From NCBI GenBank assembly GCA_964530725.1, contig CAZGYV010000004.1:1-55235 (forward strand): a DNA stretch of 55,235 bases, written 5' to 3'. The notes below the pieces were generated by a model. That model was not told the DNA's origin. It was given only the letters and a program-made list of their open reading frames with translations, and ran no database searches. The DNA is from an uncultured Candidatus Saccharibacteria bacterium (GTDB taxonomy: Bacteria > Patescibacteriota > Saccharimonadia > CAILAD01 > CAZGYV01). The position numbers were made by a program, and so were the translations under genes. Within the stretch, counting starts at the first letter, position 1, and the number at the start of each line of letters is the position of its first letter. Below, one piece after another: positions 46,318 to 55,016 of this stretch.

Positions 46318-47123
46318 TGTCCGCTAAATTACAGTTCAGCAAAAAGCCGGTGTTTATCACGTCGATTAGTGATTCTTTGATCATGGTAAGACGCAGCAGC
46401 CTGCACATCATCCGCAACACCGACCAGCTGCTGGGGACATTTTTTCAACCGATTATGTTCTTGGTTTTGTTCGCGTCAGTCTTTGGTGGCGCGATCGAAA
46501 AAGCCTTGCCGCCAGGTGTGAATTATCTAGACTACCTAATGGCTGGTATCATTGTGCAAACCGTCGCCTTTGGCTCGACAACGACCGCGCTCGCCATTTG
46601 CAATGACCTGCAAAAGGGCATTGTCGACCGCTTTCGCTCGCTGCCGATGAGCAATATCGCCGTGCTCAACGGCCATGTGATATCCGATTTATTCAGAAAT
46701 ACGATCTCGACAGTCGTTATGCTTTTGGCCGGACTGGTCATTGGCTTTCGATCGAGCGCCAGCTTGGCAGACTGGCTGGCAATCGCCGGCATACTACTGC
46801 TTTTTACATTCGCTTTTTCCTGGCTAGCCGCTATTATGGGCGTGCTGGCCAAGAGTATCGAGGGCGTGCAATGGTTATCATTCGTGATCATTTTTCCGCT
46901 GACATTCGCCAGTAGCGCGTTCGTACCAGTCGAGGGCATGAATTCGGTCTTACGCGCTTTTGCCGAGAATCAGCCGATTACTCAGGTGGTCAACGCCGTC
47001 CGGGCATTAATTCTAGGTACACCGATTGGTAATTACGGCTGGTTGTCGGTAGCCTGGAGTCTGGGCATTCTCGCCGTATCAATGCCAATCGCCACCTATT
47101 TGTATAATCGCAAGACAAGCTAA
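46317..47123 (+). CDS. ABC-2-type exporter permease
   Basis: 268 aa, 6 TM helices. Start overlaps the ATPase stop (ATAATG). Confidence 0.75.
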   Translation: MSAKLQFSKKPVFITSISDSLIMVRRSSLHIIRNTDQLLGTFFQPIMFLVLFASVFGGAIEKALPPGVNYLDYLMAGIIVQTVAFGSTTTALAICNDLQKGIVDRFRSLPMSNIAVLNGHVISDLFRNTISTVVMLLAGLVIGFRSSASLADWLAIAGILLLFTFAFSWLAAIMGVLAKSIEGVQWLSFVIIFPLTFASSAFVPVEGMNSVLRAFAENQPITQVVNAVRALILGTPIGNYGWLSVAWSLGILAVSMPIATYLYNRKTS

Positions 47124-47153
47124 GCAGCCTTGTTGAAGTCAAAAACTAAAAAC

Positions 47154-47192
47154 AAAACTACCCCGCTTAACTCGTTACGGGGTAGTTTTTGT
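47154..47192. terminator. bidirectional rho-independent terminator between convergent genes
   Basis: aaaactaccccg / cggggtagtttt 12-bp stem with a 12-nt loop. An A-run lies 5' and a T-run 3'. Confidence 0.75.
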
Positions 47193-47227
47193 GAGTATCG
47201 AAACCTCAACTTTTAAAAAGTAGCGGC

Positions 47228-47767
47228 CTAGCGCATCATGCCACCTGGGCCATGATGACCACCCGGGCCACCGTGTCCCATACCACCTCCGCCAAACATC
47301 AGATATCCAGATGGGATGTTATTGTCCTTTTCCCAAGTCGCAAGCTCGCTTTTGAGCTTATCCATTTCAGCCTTGCGTTCTTCCATTAGCTTTTGCCATT
47401 CGGCCTCAGTTTTGTCCTTCAGCTCATCACGCTTGTCCTTATTGGCTGCTCGCTTAGCTTCGAATTTAGCCGCCAGTTCTTTGTGCTTGGCTAAAATCTT
47501 CGACTTCTGCTCTTCGGTCAGCTTGCCATCTTTGACCGCTTGAGTCAGTTTATCTTCATAGCGAGCCTCCATTTCGGCCTTACGCTCAGTTTTGTCCTGA
47601 TCAAACACCTTCTGGACATCATCTTTATTTAGATTGAATTGCTTAGCGATTTTATCAACCAGCGTATTGCCATCGGTGGTCGAATTGGCCAGAGCCGAGG
47701 TTCCAACCGCGCTTAGGCCGACTACGCCAATGGCGCTAGCGATTAAGATTGATTTTTTGACTTGCAT
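47228..47767 (-). CDS. secreted helical protein with a Gly/His/Pro/Met-rich C-terminal tail
   Basis: 179 aa. Signal peptide (...TSALANS), K/E-rich helices with LTEEQKSKIL-type repeats, and tail MFGGGGMGHGGPGGHHGPGGMMR. Confidence 0.65.
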   Translation of the reverse strand: MQVKKSILIASAIGVVGLSAVGTSALANSTTDGNTLVDKIAKQFNLNKDDVQKVFDQDKTERKAEMEARYEDKLTQAVKDGKLTEEQKSKILAKHKELAAKFEAKRAANKDKRDELKDKTEAEWQKLMEERKAEMDKLKSELATWEKDNNIPSGYLMFGGGGMGHGGPGGHHGPGGMMR

Positions 47768-47895
47768 GCGTTACTCCTACTTATTAACAACTACGTCATC
47801 AATATAATGATGTAGTCTGAGTAAATGCTTAAAAGCAAAGTGCCTCGCAATATGGAGGCACCATGGCTTCGAAGACTCTAGATTAATTTAAGGCC

Positions 47896-48297
47896 TTAGG
47901 CTTCTTTGAGTTCACCACCGTGGACAGTGAGAGCGTAGATTACTAGTATATCAATGACGATTATGATAATTGACCAAACCGGATACGTGTTCATATAGGC
48001 AAGGTTAGCAATGGCACTAATAGTAGCGATCAGGATTCCGACTATCCTAGCCCACATTGAGCCGTGCATAACAGAAAAGCCAGCCACCAGCACGATAATG
48101 CCAATTAAGAGATGAATCCAGCCCCAGGTGGTGAAATTGAGCATCAATAAATTGTGCTCAGTCACAACCAGCCACTTGTTATTAATTAATGCGGTTAGCC
48201 CAGCAATTGCCTGGAAGATGCCAAGTATTATCATCATAAAACCGGCAAAGAACACCCAGCCAGTCCAGCTAGATACCTCATTATTTTTCGTTGGCAT
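47896..48297 (-). CDS. hypothetical 4-TM membrane protein (DUF7144-like, tentative)
   Basis: 133 aa. WTGWVFFAGFMMIILGIFQ and GWIHLLIGIIVLVAG strings. Confidence 0.6.
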   Translation of the reverse strand: MPTKNNEVSSWTGWVFFAGFMMIILGIFQAIAGLTALINNKWLVVTEHNLLMLNFTTWGWIHLLIGIIVLVAGFSVMHGSMWARIVGILIATISAIANLAYMNTYPVWSIIIIVIDILVIYALTVHGGELKEA

Positions 48298-48420
48298 TTT
48301 TAAGACCCCCTTATCTTATAATCTTAAGTTCATTATCTTCCCGGTCTACAGGAGTGTCAATATACAATTAATACACTGGGTTCTAATTAATTTGTAAGTT
48401 ATTACAATGACAGTAATGCT

Positions 48421-48495
48421 TGGCTGGGACGGAAGGGGTCGAACCTTCGATCTCCTGAGCCAGAATCAGGCGCCTTACCACTTGGCCACGTCCCA
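48421..48495 (-). tRNA. tRNA-Gln (anticodon CUG), CCA encoded
   Basis: Reverse complement is TGGGACG-TG-GCCA-AGTGGTAA-GGCG-CCTGA-TTCTGGC-TCAGG-AGATC-GAAGG-TTCGACC-CCTTC-CGTCCCA-G-CCA. It folds as a full cloverleaf and is very similar in layout to E. coli tRNA-Gln. Confidence 0.92.
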
Positions 48496-48721
48496 TCGTC
48501 CAAGTCAGCTGCAGCTTATCGCAATAATTGATACAATTATTACTCACAGCTTACGCTGACTTCTCCTCTCAAATTAATAAACGGCTGCCTTATGGCCAGC
48601 CTCGGTTTATTAATTTGGATTATCGATTTAAACTCAACAACCCCGCCCATTTTAGCAAATTTGACCTGAAATATCCAGACTAGTCGGCTCGAATCTACAA
48701 AAAATAAATGATTAAAAAATG

Positions 48722-48767
48722 ATTAAAACGGGAAGCACCCCCGGAAGTCTTGCTCCCGGGGGTGCTT
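48722..48767 (-). terminator. rho-independent terminator of nrdJ
   Basis: aagcacccccgg / ccgggggtgctt 12-bp stem with an 11-nt loop. The minus strand continues cccgTTTTaat. Confidence 0.7.
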
Positions 48768-48845
48768 TGATGCCGAGGATTACTCCTCAGCTATCGAAGC
48801 CCAGTCTCAACTGGACAGTTGACTGCTAACCAGTCACGATGCTGA

Positions 48846-51170
48846 TCAGCACTTGGAAAAGCCACAAGCGTGGCAGTTCATGCAGCCCTCCTGAATGGCC
48901 AAGGCGGCTGCACCACACTCGGGGCAGAGATCGGTATCGATCGAGTCGAGAATCTCACGCTGCTTGACAACCTCGGCCACGTCCGAGTCGCTGGGAACGA
49001 ACTCGTCTTCGATGGCCAAGTAGTCACTTGAGGAAAGTAGCTTCTCCAGGACCTTGGCCAGCGCGTCAGGAACCGAGGATACCCGGTTTGGACCGAAGCC
49101 AATCGACTCACGACCACCGATTCCCCTGAGCTGTTCGATCACTTCCGGCAACGGCGTACCGCGCCGGAAGTGGAGTGAAGCCAGACGCCCAATGGCCTCA
49201 GCCATCGAGGTGATATCACTTCCCGCCTTGCCGATCACCAGGAAAACATCGAAGATGTTGCCCCCTTGATCGATACTGGGAAAGACCGTCATCGTGCCAT
49301 GCGGAGTCTTGATCGACATCCGGCGCGCAGGCATATCATCCGACGGAATGGGCTGAGATCCTTCTGGTCGAAGTTCGTCCAGCGCCTCGCTCGAGATGCC
49401 TGCTTTGAGCACCTGCTTCTGGTTCTTGCTCTGCTTGGAGCCATCGCGGTAAACCGTGATACCCTTACAGCCAAGCTCGATTGCCAGTTCGTAGACCTCA
49501 CGTACGTCCTCCACCGAGGCCGACTTCCTGAGGTTGACCGTCTTGGAAACAGCATTGTCAGTGAAGGCCTGGAAAGCAGCCTGCATCTGAACATGACCCT
49601 TCGGTGAGACATCGTGAGCACCCACGAAGAGGTTGCGCATTTCCACTGGCACGTCAGGGTGCTGAGCATTACCAGTCTGGCGCAGATGACCCTGCAGATC
49701 TTCCGTCCACCAACCGCCACGCTCGGCAGCCTCGACGAACATGGGATTCGTCTCCAGATGCTCGAAGCCTGCCTGATCACGCTTGATGGCCAGAGCATAT
49801 AGCGGTTCGATCCCACCAGAGCAGCCGGCGAAGATCGAAATCGTACCGGTCGGAGCAATGGTGGTCCGAGTGGCGTTGCGCATCGGCCGACCCTCCGGCC
49901 TGCCCTCTGCCAGTTCGCCACCAGGCCCGTAGACACTCCGCTCCCAATTGGGGAAGTTGCCACGCTCGAGCGCCAGGCTTTCTGACGCGTTGTCGGCCTC
50001 GGTCTGTACGAACTGCATCAGCTCACCCGCCAGCCGCAGTGCCGCCTCGCTCTCGTAGGGAATGCCCAGCTTGATCAAGGCATCAGCCCAACCCATGACA
50101 CCGAGGCCAATCTTGCGATTGCCGTCACGTACCATGGCAGCGATCTCCGGGATTGGATAATCGCAGTACTCAACTGCGTTGTCGAGCACCCGCACAGCGA
50201 AGTGCACCAACTCGCGCAATCTCTTCCAGCGAAAAGCCTTGCCCGGCTTTGCCGAAACGAACTTGCTCAGGTTGATCGAGCCGAGTACGCAAGCCTCGTA
50301 CGGCAGCAAAGGCTGCTCACCGCAGGGGTTGGTGGCTTCGATGTTGCCGTGTTGAGCCCTGGTCGGATTGGTGCGCGGAGCGTTCATCTCCTCATAGAAA
50401 ATGAGCCCCGGGTCACCATTCTTCAAAGCCGACTCTGTGATCAAGTTGTAGGTCTCTCTGGTGTTGAGACGCCCTACCACCTTGTTGGTCACCGGGTCGA
50501 TCAGGTCGTAGTCTTCATCGCGGCTCAGCTTGTCGAGCCAGGCAGCATCGACCTTGACCGAGATGTTGAAGTTCTCGATCGTCTCATCGCTCTCCTGCTT
50601 GCAGGTGAGGAAGTCAAGGGCGTCGGGGTGGTAGATCCAGATGATGGCCATATTCGCGCCACGCCTGGCACCACCCTGCTTGACCTGCTCGGTGGAGTTG
50701 TTGTAGACCCGAAGAAACGAGATCGGGCCAGAAGCCACACCGGAAGTACTACGCACTCGAGCGTTGGCCGGGCGCACCGGTGAGAAGTCGAAGCCTGTCC
50801 CTCCGCCTGTCTTGTGGATCAGGGCGGTGTTCTTGAGCGTCTCGAAGATTCCCTCCATGTTGTCTGGGATGGGAAGTACGAAACAGGCGTGCAACATCTC
50901 GTTGCCATCACCACGACCGGCGTTGACCATCGTCGGCGTGTTGCAGAAGAACTCGTTGTTGGCAAAGTAGCTGTAGAGCTGTCGAGCCATCTCTTCGTCG
51001 CCGCTGTCAGCCATCGCCGAAGCGACACGCCACAGCCACTCTTCGATCGACTCGAGACTGTCATCTTCATACTTGATGACGTAGCGCTTCTGCGCGATCT
51101 TGACTGCGTTCTCGCTCGCCCGAACGGGCGGCAGGTTCAATTCCTCGCTGAACTGCTGCACTGCTGCCAT
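48846..51170 (-). CDS. nrdJ: adenosylcobalamin-dependent (class II) ribonucleotide reductase
   Basis: About 774 aa from ATG 51168-51170 (MAAVQQF...); the ORF begins at TTG 51191. NPCGEQPL active-site string, class I/II core motifs, and a C-terminal Cys cluster CPECG...CMNCHACG. Confidence 0.88.
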   Translation of the reverse strand: MAAVQQFSEELNLPPVRASENAVKIAQKRYVIKYEDDSLESIEEWLWRVASAMADSGDEEMARQLYSYFANNEFFCNTPTMVNAGRGDGNEMLHACFVLPIPDNMEGIFETLKNTALIHKTGGGTGFDFSPVRPANARVRSTSGVASGPISFLRVYNNSTEQVKQGGARRGANMAIIWIYHPDALDFLTCKQESDETIENFNISVKVDAAWLDKLSRDEDYDLIDPVTNKVVGRLNTRETYNLITESALKNGDPGLIFYEEMNAPRTNPTRAQHGNIEATNPCGEQPLLPYEACVLGSINLSKFVSAKPGKAFRWKRLRELVHFAVRVLDNAVEYCDYPIPEIAAMVRDGNRKIGLGVMGWADALIKLGIPYESEAALRLAGELMQFVQTEADNASESLALERGNFPNWERSVYGPGGELAEGRPEGRPMRNATRTTIAPTGTISIFAGCSGGIEPLYALAIKRDQAGFEHLETNPMFVEAAERGGWWTEDLQGHLRQTGNAQHPDVPVEMRNLFVGAHDVSPKGHVQMQAAFQAFTDNAVSKTVNLRKSASVEDVREVYELAIELGCKGITVYRDGSKQSKNQKQVLKAGISSEALDELRPEGSQPIPSDDMPARRMSIKTPHGTMTVFPSIDQGGNIFDVFLVIGKAGSDITSMAEAIGRLASLHFRRGTPLPEVIEQLRGIGGRESIGFGPNRVSSVPDALAKVLEKLLSSSDYLAIEDEFVPSDSDVAEVVKQREILDSIDTDLCPECGAAALAIQEGCMNCHACGFSKC

Positions 51171-51305
51171 GTTGACACCTTTCTGTCTCAATAGCGTTTG
51201 GATTTACGTCTTTTGCTTATGCAACACCCGAACATACTTACTCACCCTCCTGGTGGGTCAATATGCTCGTCAGGTCGCATAAGCGTTGTTTCAAAGTACT
51301 CTCTA

Positions 51306-51355
51306 ACGCTACATGTAGCGTAAGTGCTATCTATTATACACACTACATGTAGTGG
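51306..51355. promoter_or_regulatory. two NrdR boxes upstream of nrdJ
   Basis: ACGCTACATGTAGCGT (51306-51321, a perfect palindrome) and ACACTACATGTAGTGG (51340-51355), compared with the remembered consensus acaCwAtATaTwGtgt. Their centres are 34 bp apart. Confidence 0.6.
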
Positions 51356-51360
51356 TGCAA
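51333..51360 (-). promoter_or_regulatory. candidate nrdJ promoter overlapped by the NrdR boxes
   Basis: On the minus strand: TTGCAC (51355-51360), a 16-nt spacer, then TATAAT (51333-51338). Confidence 0.45.
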
Positions 51361-51477
51361 TAGTATTTTACTTCTCCCTCACAAGGAGTGTTTCTCTAAA
51401 ATACTACAAAATGATCAGATTTTCCAGCCCACACTACGCACTTGCCCTAATCATAAGTTGTTTGCAATAATCTATAT

Positions 51478-52359
51478 ATGAGAAAGCCCCGTCATGGCCA
51501 AAGCGGTATCGCACACCTTGGCCTCATAGCAATAGTCTTGATTGCCATGATCGCGGCCATGGTGTGGTTTGCCTTTCACAAAAAAACAAGCCCGGCCGAG
51601 CCTACCAATACTCAACCGTCCGCCAGCACAACCAAAAGCAGTCCGCCGCCAGACAGCCCATCAACACTGGCGAGTCCGAGCAAAGTCACTGCCGCCGATG
51701 GCAAAACTTATTTCTATTACGGTGCGCCGGCTGGTCAAAACAACGCCGAACCGAAGCGCATCATAGTCGATCTGCCAGGACATGGCACGAAAGCCGAAGA
51801 CGCCTACGCGGTTTGGCAGCCTTATGTCAAAGATACGAAATACGCCCTAGCTGTGATGAACTGGTGGGACGGCGAAGGAGAGCGCAAGGAAGATTATTAT
51901 TCACCGGCCGATGTCGCGACTCAAATGAAAGCTTTCTTAAAAGCTCAATCCTACGAGGCGAATGACATTATTATTTTGTCCGGCTTTTCCCGGGGCAGCG
52001 CCAACACTTACGCCGTGGCGGCCAATGACCGAGAGGGCGGCAACGGCATATTTGACGCCGTCATATCAATCTCAGGCGGCTACCAGTCTGACTTCCCCTT
52101 GACCAACAACCAATTGAACAGCAGCGCCAGCGCTAGCTTGTACGAAGGAGTGGTGTGGGTACTGGCCTGTGGCGGCAAGGATTCTAACCCAAATCGCGAC
52201 GGCTGCCCGGCGATGAATAAGACCAAGACTTGGCTGAGTCAGCACGGCGCGGACGTAGTCGGCGTACTCGAAGATCCGAATCAAGGTCACGGCGCTTTTC
52301 ATCGGAGTAGTCTGAATCTACCGGCAAAGGCCTTCGAGCTGATAGAAGCTAATCTCTAG
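51478..52359 (+). CDS. anchored/secreted alpha/beta-hydrolase (esterase-like) protein
   Basis: 293 aa. TM anchor, S/P/T-rich spacer, nucleophile-elbow-like SGFSRGS (GxSxG) and late His (QGHGAFH). Confidence 0.65.
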   Translation: MRKPRHGQSGIAHLGLIAIVLIAMIAAMVWFAFHKKTSPAEPTNTQPSASTTKSSPPPDSPSTLASPSKVTAADGKTYFYYGAPAGQNNAEPKRIIVDLPGHGTKAEDAYAVWQPYVKDTKYALAVMNWWDGEGERKEDYYSPADVATQMKAFLKAQSYEANDIIILSGFSRGSANTYAVAANDREGGNGIFDAVISISGGYQSDFPLTNNQLNSSASASLYEGVVWVLACGGKDSNPNRDGCPAMNKTKTWLSQHGADVVGVLEDPNQGHGAFHRSSLNLPAKAFELIEANL

Positions 52360-52373
52360 CCTCAAAGCCGCGG

Positions 52374-53054
52374 CTAAAATTCTAATAGTTCGGGGCGATT
52401 GGCCTGGGTTTTTCGCACTGCTTGCTCGCGCCGCCAAGCTTCGATCTTGGCGTGATTGCCGCCTTTTAAGACCTCGGGTACTTTTTGGCCGCGGAATTCA
52501 TCAGGCCGGGTATAGTGCGGGTATTCGAGCACGCCGCGCGAGAACGATTCGTCATGGGCGCTGGTCTCATCTCCCAGCACGCCGGGGATCAGCCGGGCCA
52601 CGGCGTCGACGACGGCCATAGCCGGGATCTCGCCGCCGGTCAGCACGAAGTCGCCGAGCGATATTTCCATGTCCACCAGCTCCATGATCCGCTCGTCAAA
52701 GCCCTCGTAGTGGCCGCAAATGACAATCAAACTGTCTTCTTGGACTAGCTGGCGGGCTTGGATTTGATCGAATTGCTTGCCGCGTGGTGTCATCAGCACT
52801 ACTTTAGGGCGAAGATCCTTATTGTTTGCTTTGATATGTTCCGTAGCCGCGAATATCGGCTCGCATTTTAGCACCATCCCCGCTCCGCCTCCATAGGGAG
52901 AATCATCGACTTGTTTTCGCGGACCAATACCAAACCTGCGCAGATTCACTAGCTCAATCTCGAGTAAATCCTTCTCTTTGGCCTTCCACAGCATCGAGTG
53001 ATCAAACGGACCCTCGAACATCTCCGGGAAAAGAGTGATAATAAATATTTTCAT
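52374..53054 (-). CDS. trmD: tRNA (guanine37-N1)-methyltransferase
   Basis: 226 aa. IITLFPEMF, YGGGAGMVLK, VICGHYEGFDERI and LTGGEIPA motifs. Confidence 0.92.
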   Translation of the reverse strand: MKIFIITLFPEMFEGPFDHSMLWKAKEKDLLEIELVNLRRFGIGPRKQVDDSPYGGGAGMVLKCEPIFAATEHIKANNKDLRPKVVLMTPRGKQFDQIQARQLVQEDSLIVICGHYEGFDERIMELVDMEISLGDFVLTGGEIPAMAVVDAVARLIPGVLGDETSAHDESFSRGVLEYPHYTRPDEFRGQKVPEVLKGGNHAKIEAWRREQAVRKTQANRPELLEF

Positions 53055-53161
53055 GAAGTGAATTATAGTTTATCCCGCCAGTATTGACAAGGATTATTTT
53101 TTATGTCATCAAATAGCTAAATGCCGCCCGCAACCTAGCCTCCAGATCGCGCTACGAACTA

Positions 53162-53190
53162 TTGACGTAATAACGAGAATCGGTTAAGAT
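53162..53190 (+). promoter_or_regulatory. sigma70-like promoter for the 53234 gene
   Basis: TTGACG (53162-53167), a 17-nt spacer, then TAAGAT (53185-53190). AAGGAGA lies before the TTG start. Confidence 0.4.
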
Positions 53191-53233
53191 ATGCCTTCGT
53201 GCGTCCGATTTATCCAACAAAAAGGAGAAAATA

Positions 53234-53746
53234 TTGACCACGAAAAGGTGTGACTGCGCGACAGATGTCACCCGCCAGACAATCGCCATCTACGCTCATT
53301 TGGAGCCGCAGCTACGTAGCCTGGCAAGCTACAGCCAATACCTTCACGACACCTGTCTCCATCAGGCAGTCATAAGGCTGATAGGTGAAGTCCGCTACGG
53401 CATGAAGGTTTCCCAAATAAAGCAAGTTTGGGAGCGCCCAGATACCTACCGCGCGCTCAAATCAGCCCCCGACGTAGGCTGGAGATGGCATACCGATGTC
53501 AAAAACCTGACTCAGATGGTATATCCATGGCTCGACGCTGAGCTGCAAGATACCATCGATGAGGCTTGGCAAAGACTCGGCCGCAGCAACCACCACACAC
53601 TCGTACTGAGTGTTGTGGGTGCTTTCTCCGAGACAGATTCCGGAACGATCGCAAGAGCCTTCCGCGACCCTGGAGGCCAAAGCGTTCCGTATGAGACCGC
53701 GGACAGCATCCGCAGACCCCGCCGCCAACTGCTTCGAGCAGGCTGA
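53234..53746 (+). CDS. hypothetical protein (170 aa)
   Basis: TTG start with an AAGGAG Shine-Dalgarno. Strong terminator downstream. No family recognised. Confidence 0.5.
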   Translation: MTTKRCDCATDVTRQTIAIYAHLEPQLRSLASYSQYLHDTCLHQAVIRLIGEVRYGMKVSQIKQVWERPDTYRALKSAPDVGWRWHTDVKNLTQMVYPWLDAELQDTIDEAWQRLGRSNHHTLVLSVVGAFSETDSGTIARAFRDPGGQSVPYETADSIRRPRRQLLRAG

Positions 53747-53760
53747 AGGCTTTCCACCCG

Positions 53761-53810
53761 CCCGTCCTTGGCATTCACCACTGGCTGCCAAGGACGGGCT
53801 TTAGTTTTTA
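53761..53810 (+). terminator. rho-independent terminator
   Basis: cccgtccttggca / tgccaaggacggg 13-bp stem (53761-53798) followed by ctTTagTTTTTa. Confidence 0.75.
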
Positions 53811-53879
53811 TAAGCAAAATTAAACACCCTTTTCGCTCTATCCTGCTCGCGCGGGATGGGGCGATCCTCTTTTTAACTC

Positions 53880-53904
53880 AAAACCGGGCTCGTCGCCCGG
53901 TTTT
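53880..53904. terminator. bidirectional hairpin terminator (serves the KH gene on the minus strand)
   Basis: aaaaccgggc / gcccggtttt 10-bp stem with a 5-nt loop. Confidence 0.7.
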
Positions 53905-53932
53905 ATGCATTCTTTAGTTAATCCTGGTCCGT

Positions 53933-54337
53933 CTAAACCTCCAAATCATCGAGGTCTTCAAGACCTTCTTTGGCCTTGGCTCGAATATTCTCAACCTCAT
54001 TGTCAGCCTCATCGCCAGCATCTTTTTCGGTTGGCTCGGGAGCATTATCTTCTTCAGCCACCACCCGGCCGCCTGGCTCGACGATCTTGAGATTAAAACG
54101 TGCGTCACTCTTAGCGCCAAGCACGCGCAGCAGGGTGCGAATCGACTTAGCAGTCGCGCCCGCTTTACCGATAATCTTGCCCATATCCTCGGGGTCGACT
54201 TCCAGCTCCAGCAGCACCCCGCGCTCATCGACAGATCTGTTAATTTTTACTTTTTCTGGCTTTTCAACGATTGCCTTAACAACATATTCAACAAATTCTT
54301 GGTCCTGTTCGGCCATATCATCCTCCTTATTTTTCAA
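53933..54337 (-). CDS. KH-domain RNA-binding protein (YlqC/UPF0109-like) with an acidic C-terminal extension
   Basis: 134 aa. VEKPEKVKI...LELEVDPEDMGKIIGKAGATAKSIRTLL contains a GxxG KH motif. Confidence 0.85.
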   Translation of the reverse strand: MKNKEDDMAEQDQEFVEYVVKAIVEKPEKVKINRSVDERGVLLELEVDPEDMGKIIGKAGATAKSIRTLLRVLGAKSDARFNLKIVEPGGRVVAEEDNAPEPTEKDAGDEADNEVENIRAKAKEGLEDLDDLEV

Positions 54338-54454
54338 GCCTTATCGCATAAGCTTATGCTTATTGTAAAACGTAGCAGTTTTTTTTGCCACTCTTTAAAA
54401 TGCATATACAAAGACCGCTGCCACAAAATCAACCAATTATTTTAGTAAATTCTG

Positions 54455-54946
54455 CTAGGCCTGTTTGGCTTCGTCTGATTTGGCATCAGCCTGAGCCTGT
54501 CTGATGACTTCTTCGGCCACTGCTTCTTGCTGCTCAACCGCGACTGCCTCTTTGTCAGCTTCCGCTGCAGTGCCGCTAGCATCATCCACCGAGGTCGCGT
54601 CCTCGGCCTTGACTGCGGCAGCTTCCGAGGCTACTTCAGCAGTTTTCTCTTCGACCGCTTCAGGCTCGCTCTTTGGCTTGCGATCACGGGTTGCAATCTG
54701 CGCCCACTTGGGTAAAGTAATTTTTTCCTGCTTCATAAGCTTGAGCACGGCATTGCTAGGCTGGGCACCATTGGACACATACTGCGCCAATTCTTCTTTT
54801 TTGACCACCAAGTCCTTGGTGTGTGGGTTGTAATGCCCAAGTACAGCCACAAATTTGCCTGTCGCGGCGCGGCGCTGGTCAGCAGCGACGATGCGATAGA
54901 CCGGATATTTCTTTCGACCACCACGGGCCAAACGAATAACGAGCAT
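54455..54946 (-). CDS. rpsP: 30S ribosomal protein S16 with an Ala/Glu-rich C-terminal extension
   Basis: MLVIRLARGGRKKYPVYRIVAADQRRAATGKFVAVLGHYNP is the canonical S16 N-terminus. Confidence 0.92.
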   Translation of the reverse strand: MLVIRLARGGRKKYPVYRIVAADQRRAATGKFVAVLGHYNPHTKDLVVKKEELAQYVSNGAQPSNAVLKLMKQEKITLPKWAQIATRDRKPKSEPEAVEEKTAEVASEAAAVKAEDATSVDDASGTAAEADKEAVAVEQQEAVAEEVIRQAQADAKSDEAKQA

Positions 54947-54987
54947 TTATCCTTTTCCTTAATTAGATTTATTTGACAATAGGGGTA

Positions 54988-55016
54988 ATTATATCTGAAA
55001 AGTGGACTTTGGTCAA
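54988..55016 (-). promoter_or_regulatory. sigma70 promoter of the rpsP operon
   Basis: On the minus strand: TTGACC (55011-55016), a 17-nt spacer, then TATAAT (54988-54993). The leader of about 40 nt carries AAGGAAAAGG before the ATG. Confidence 0.6.
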
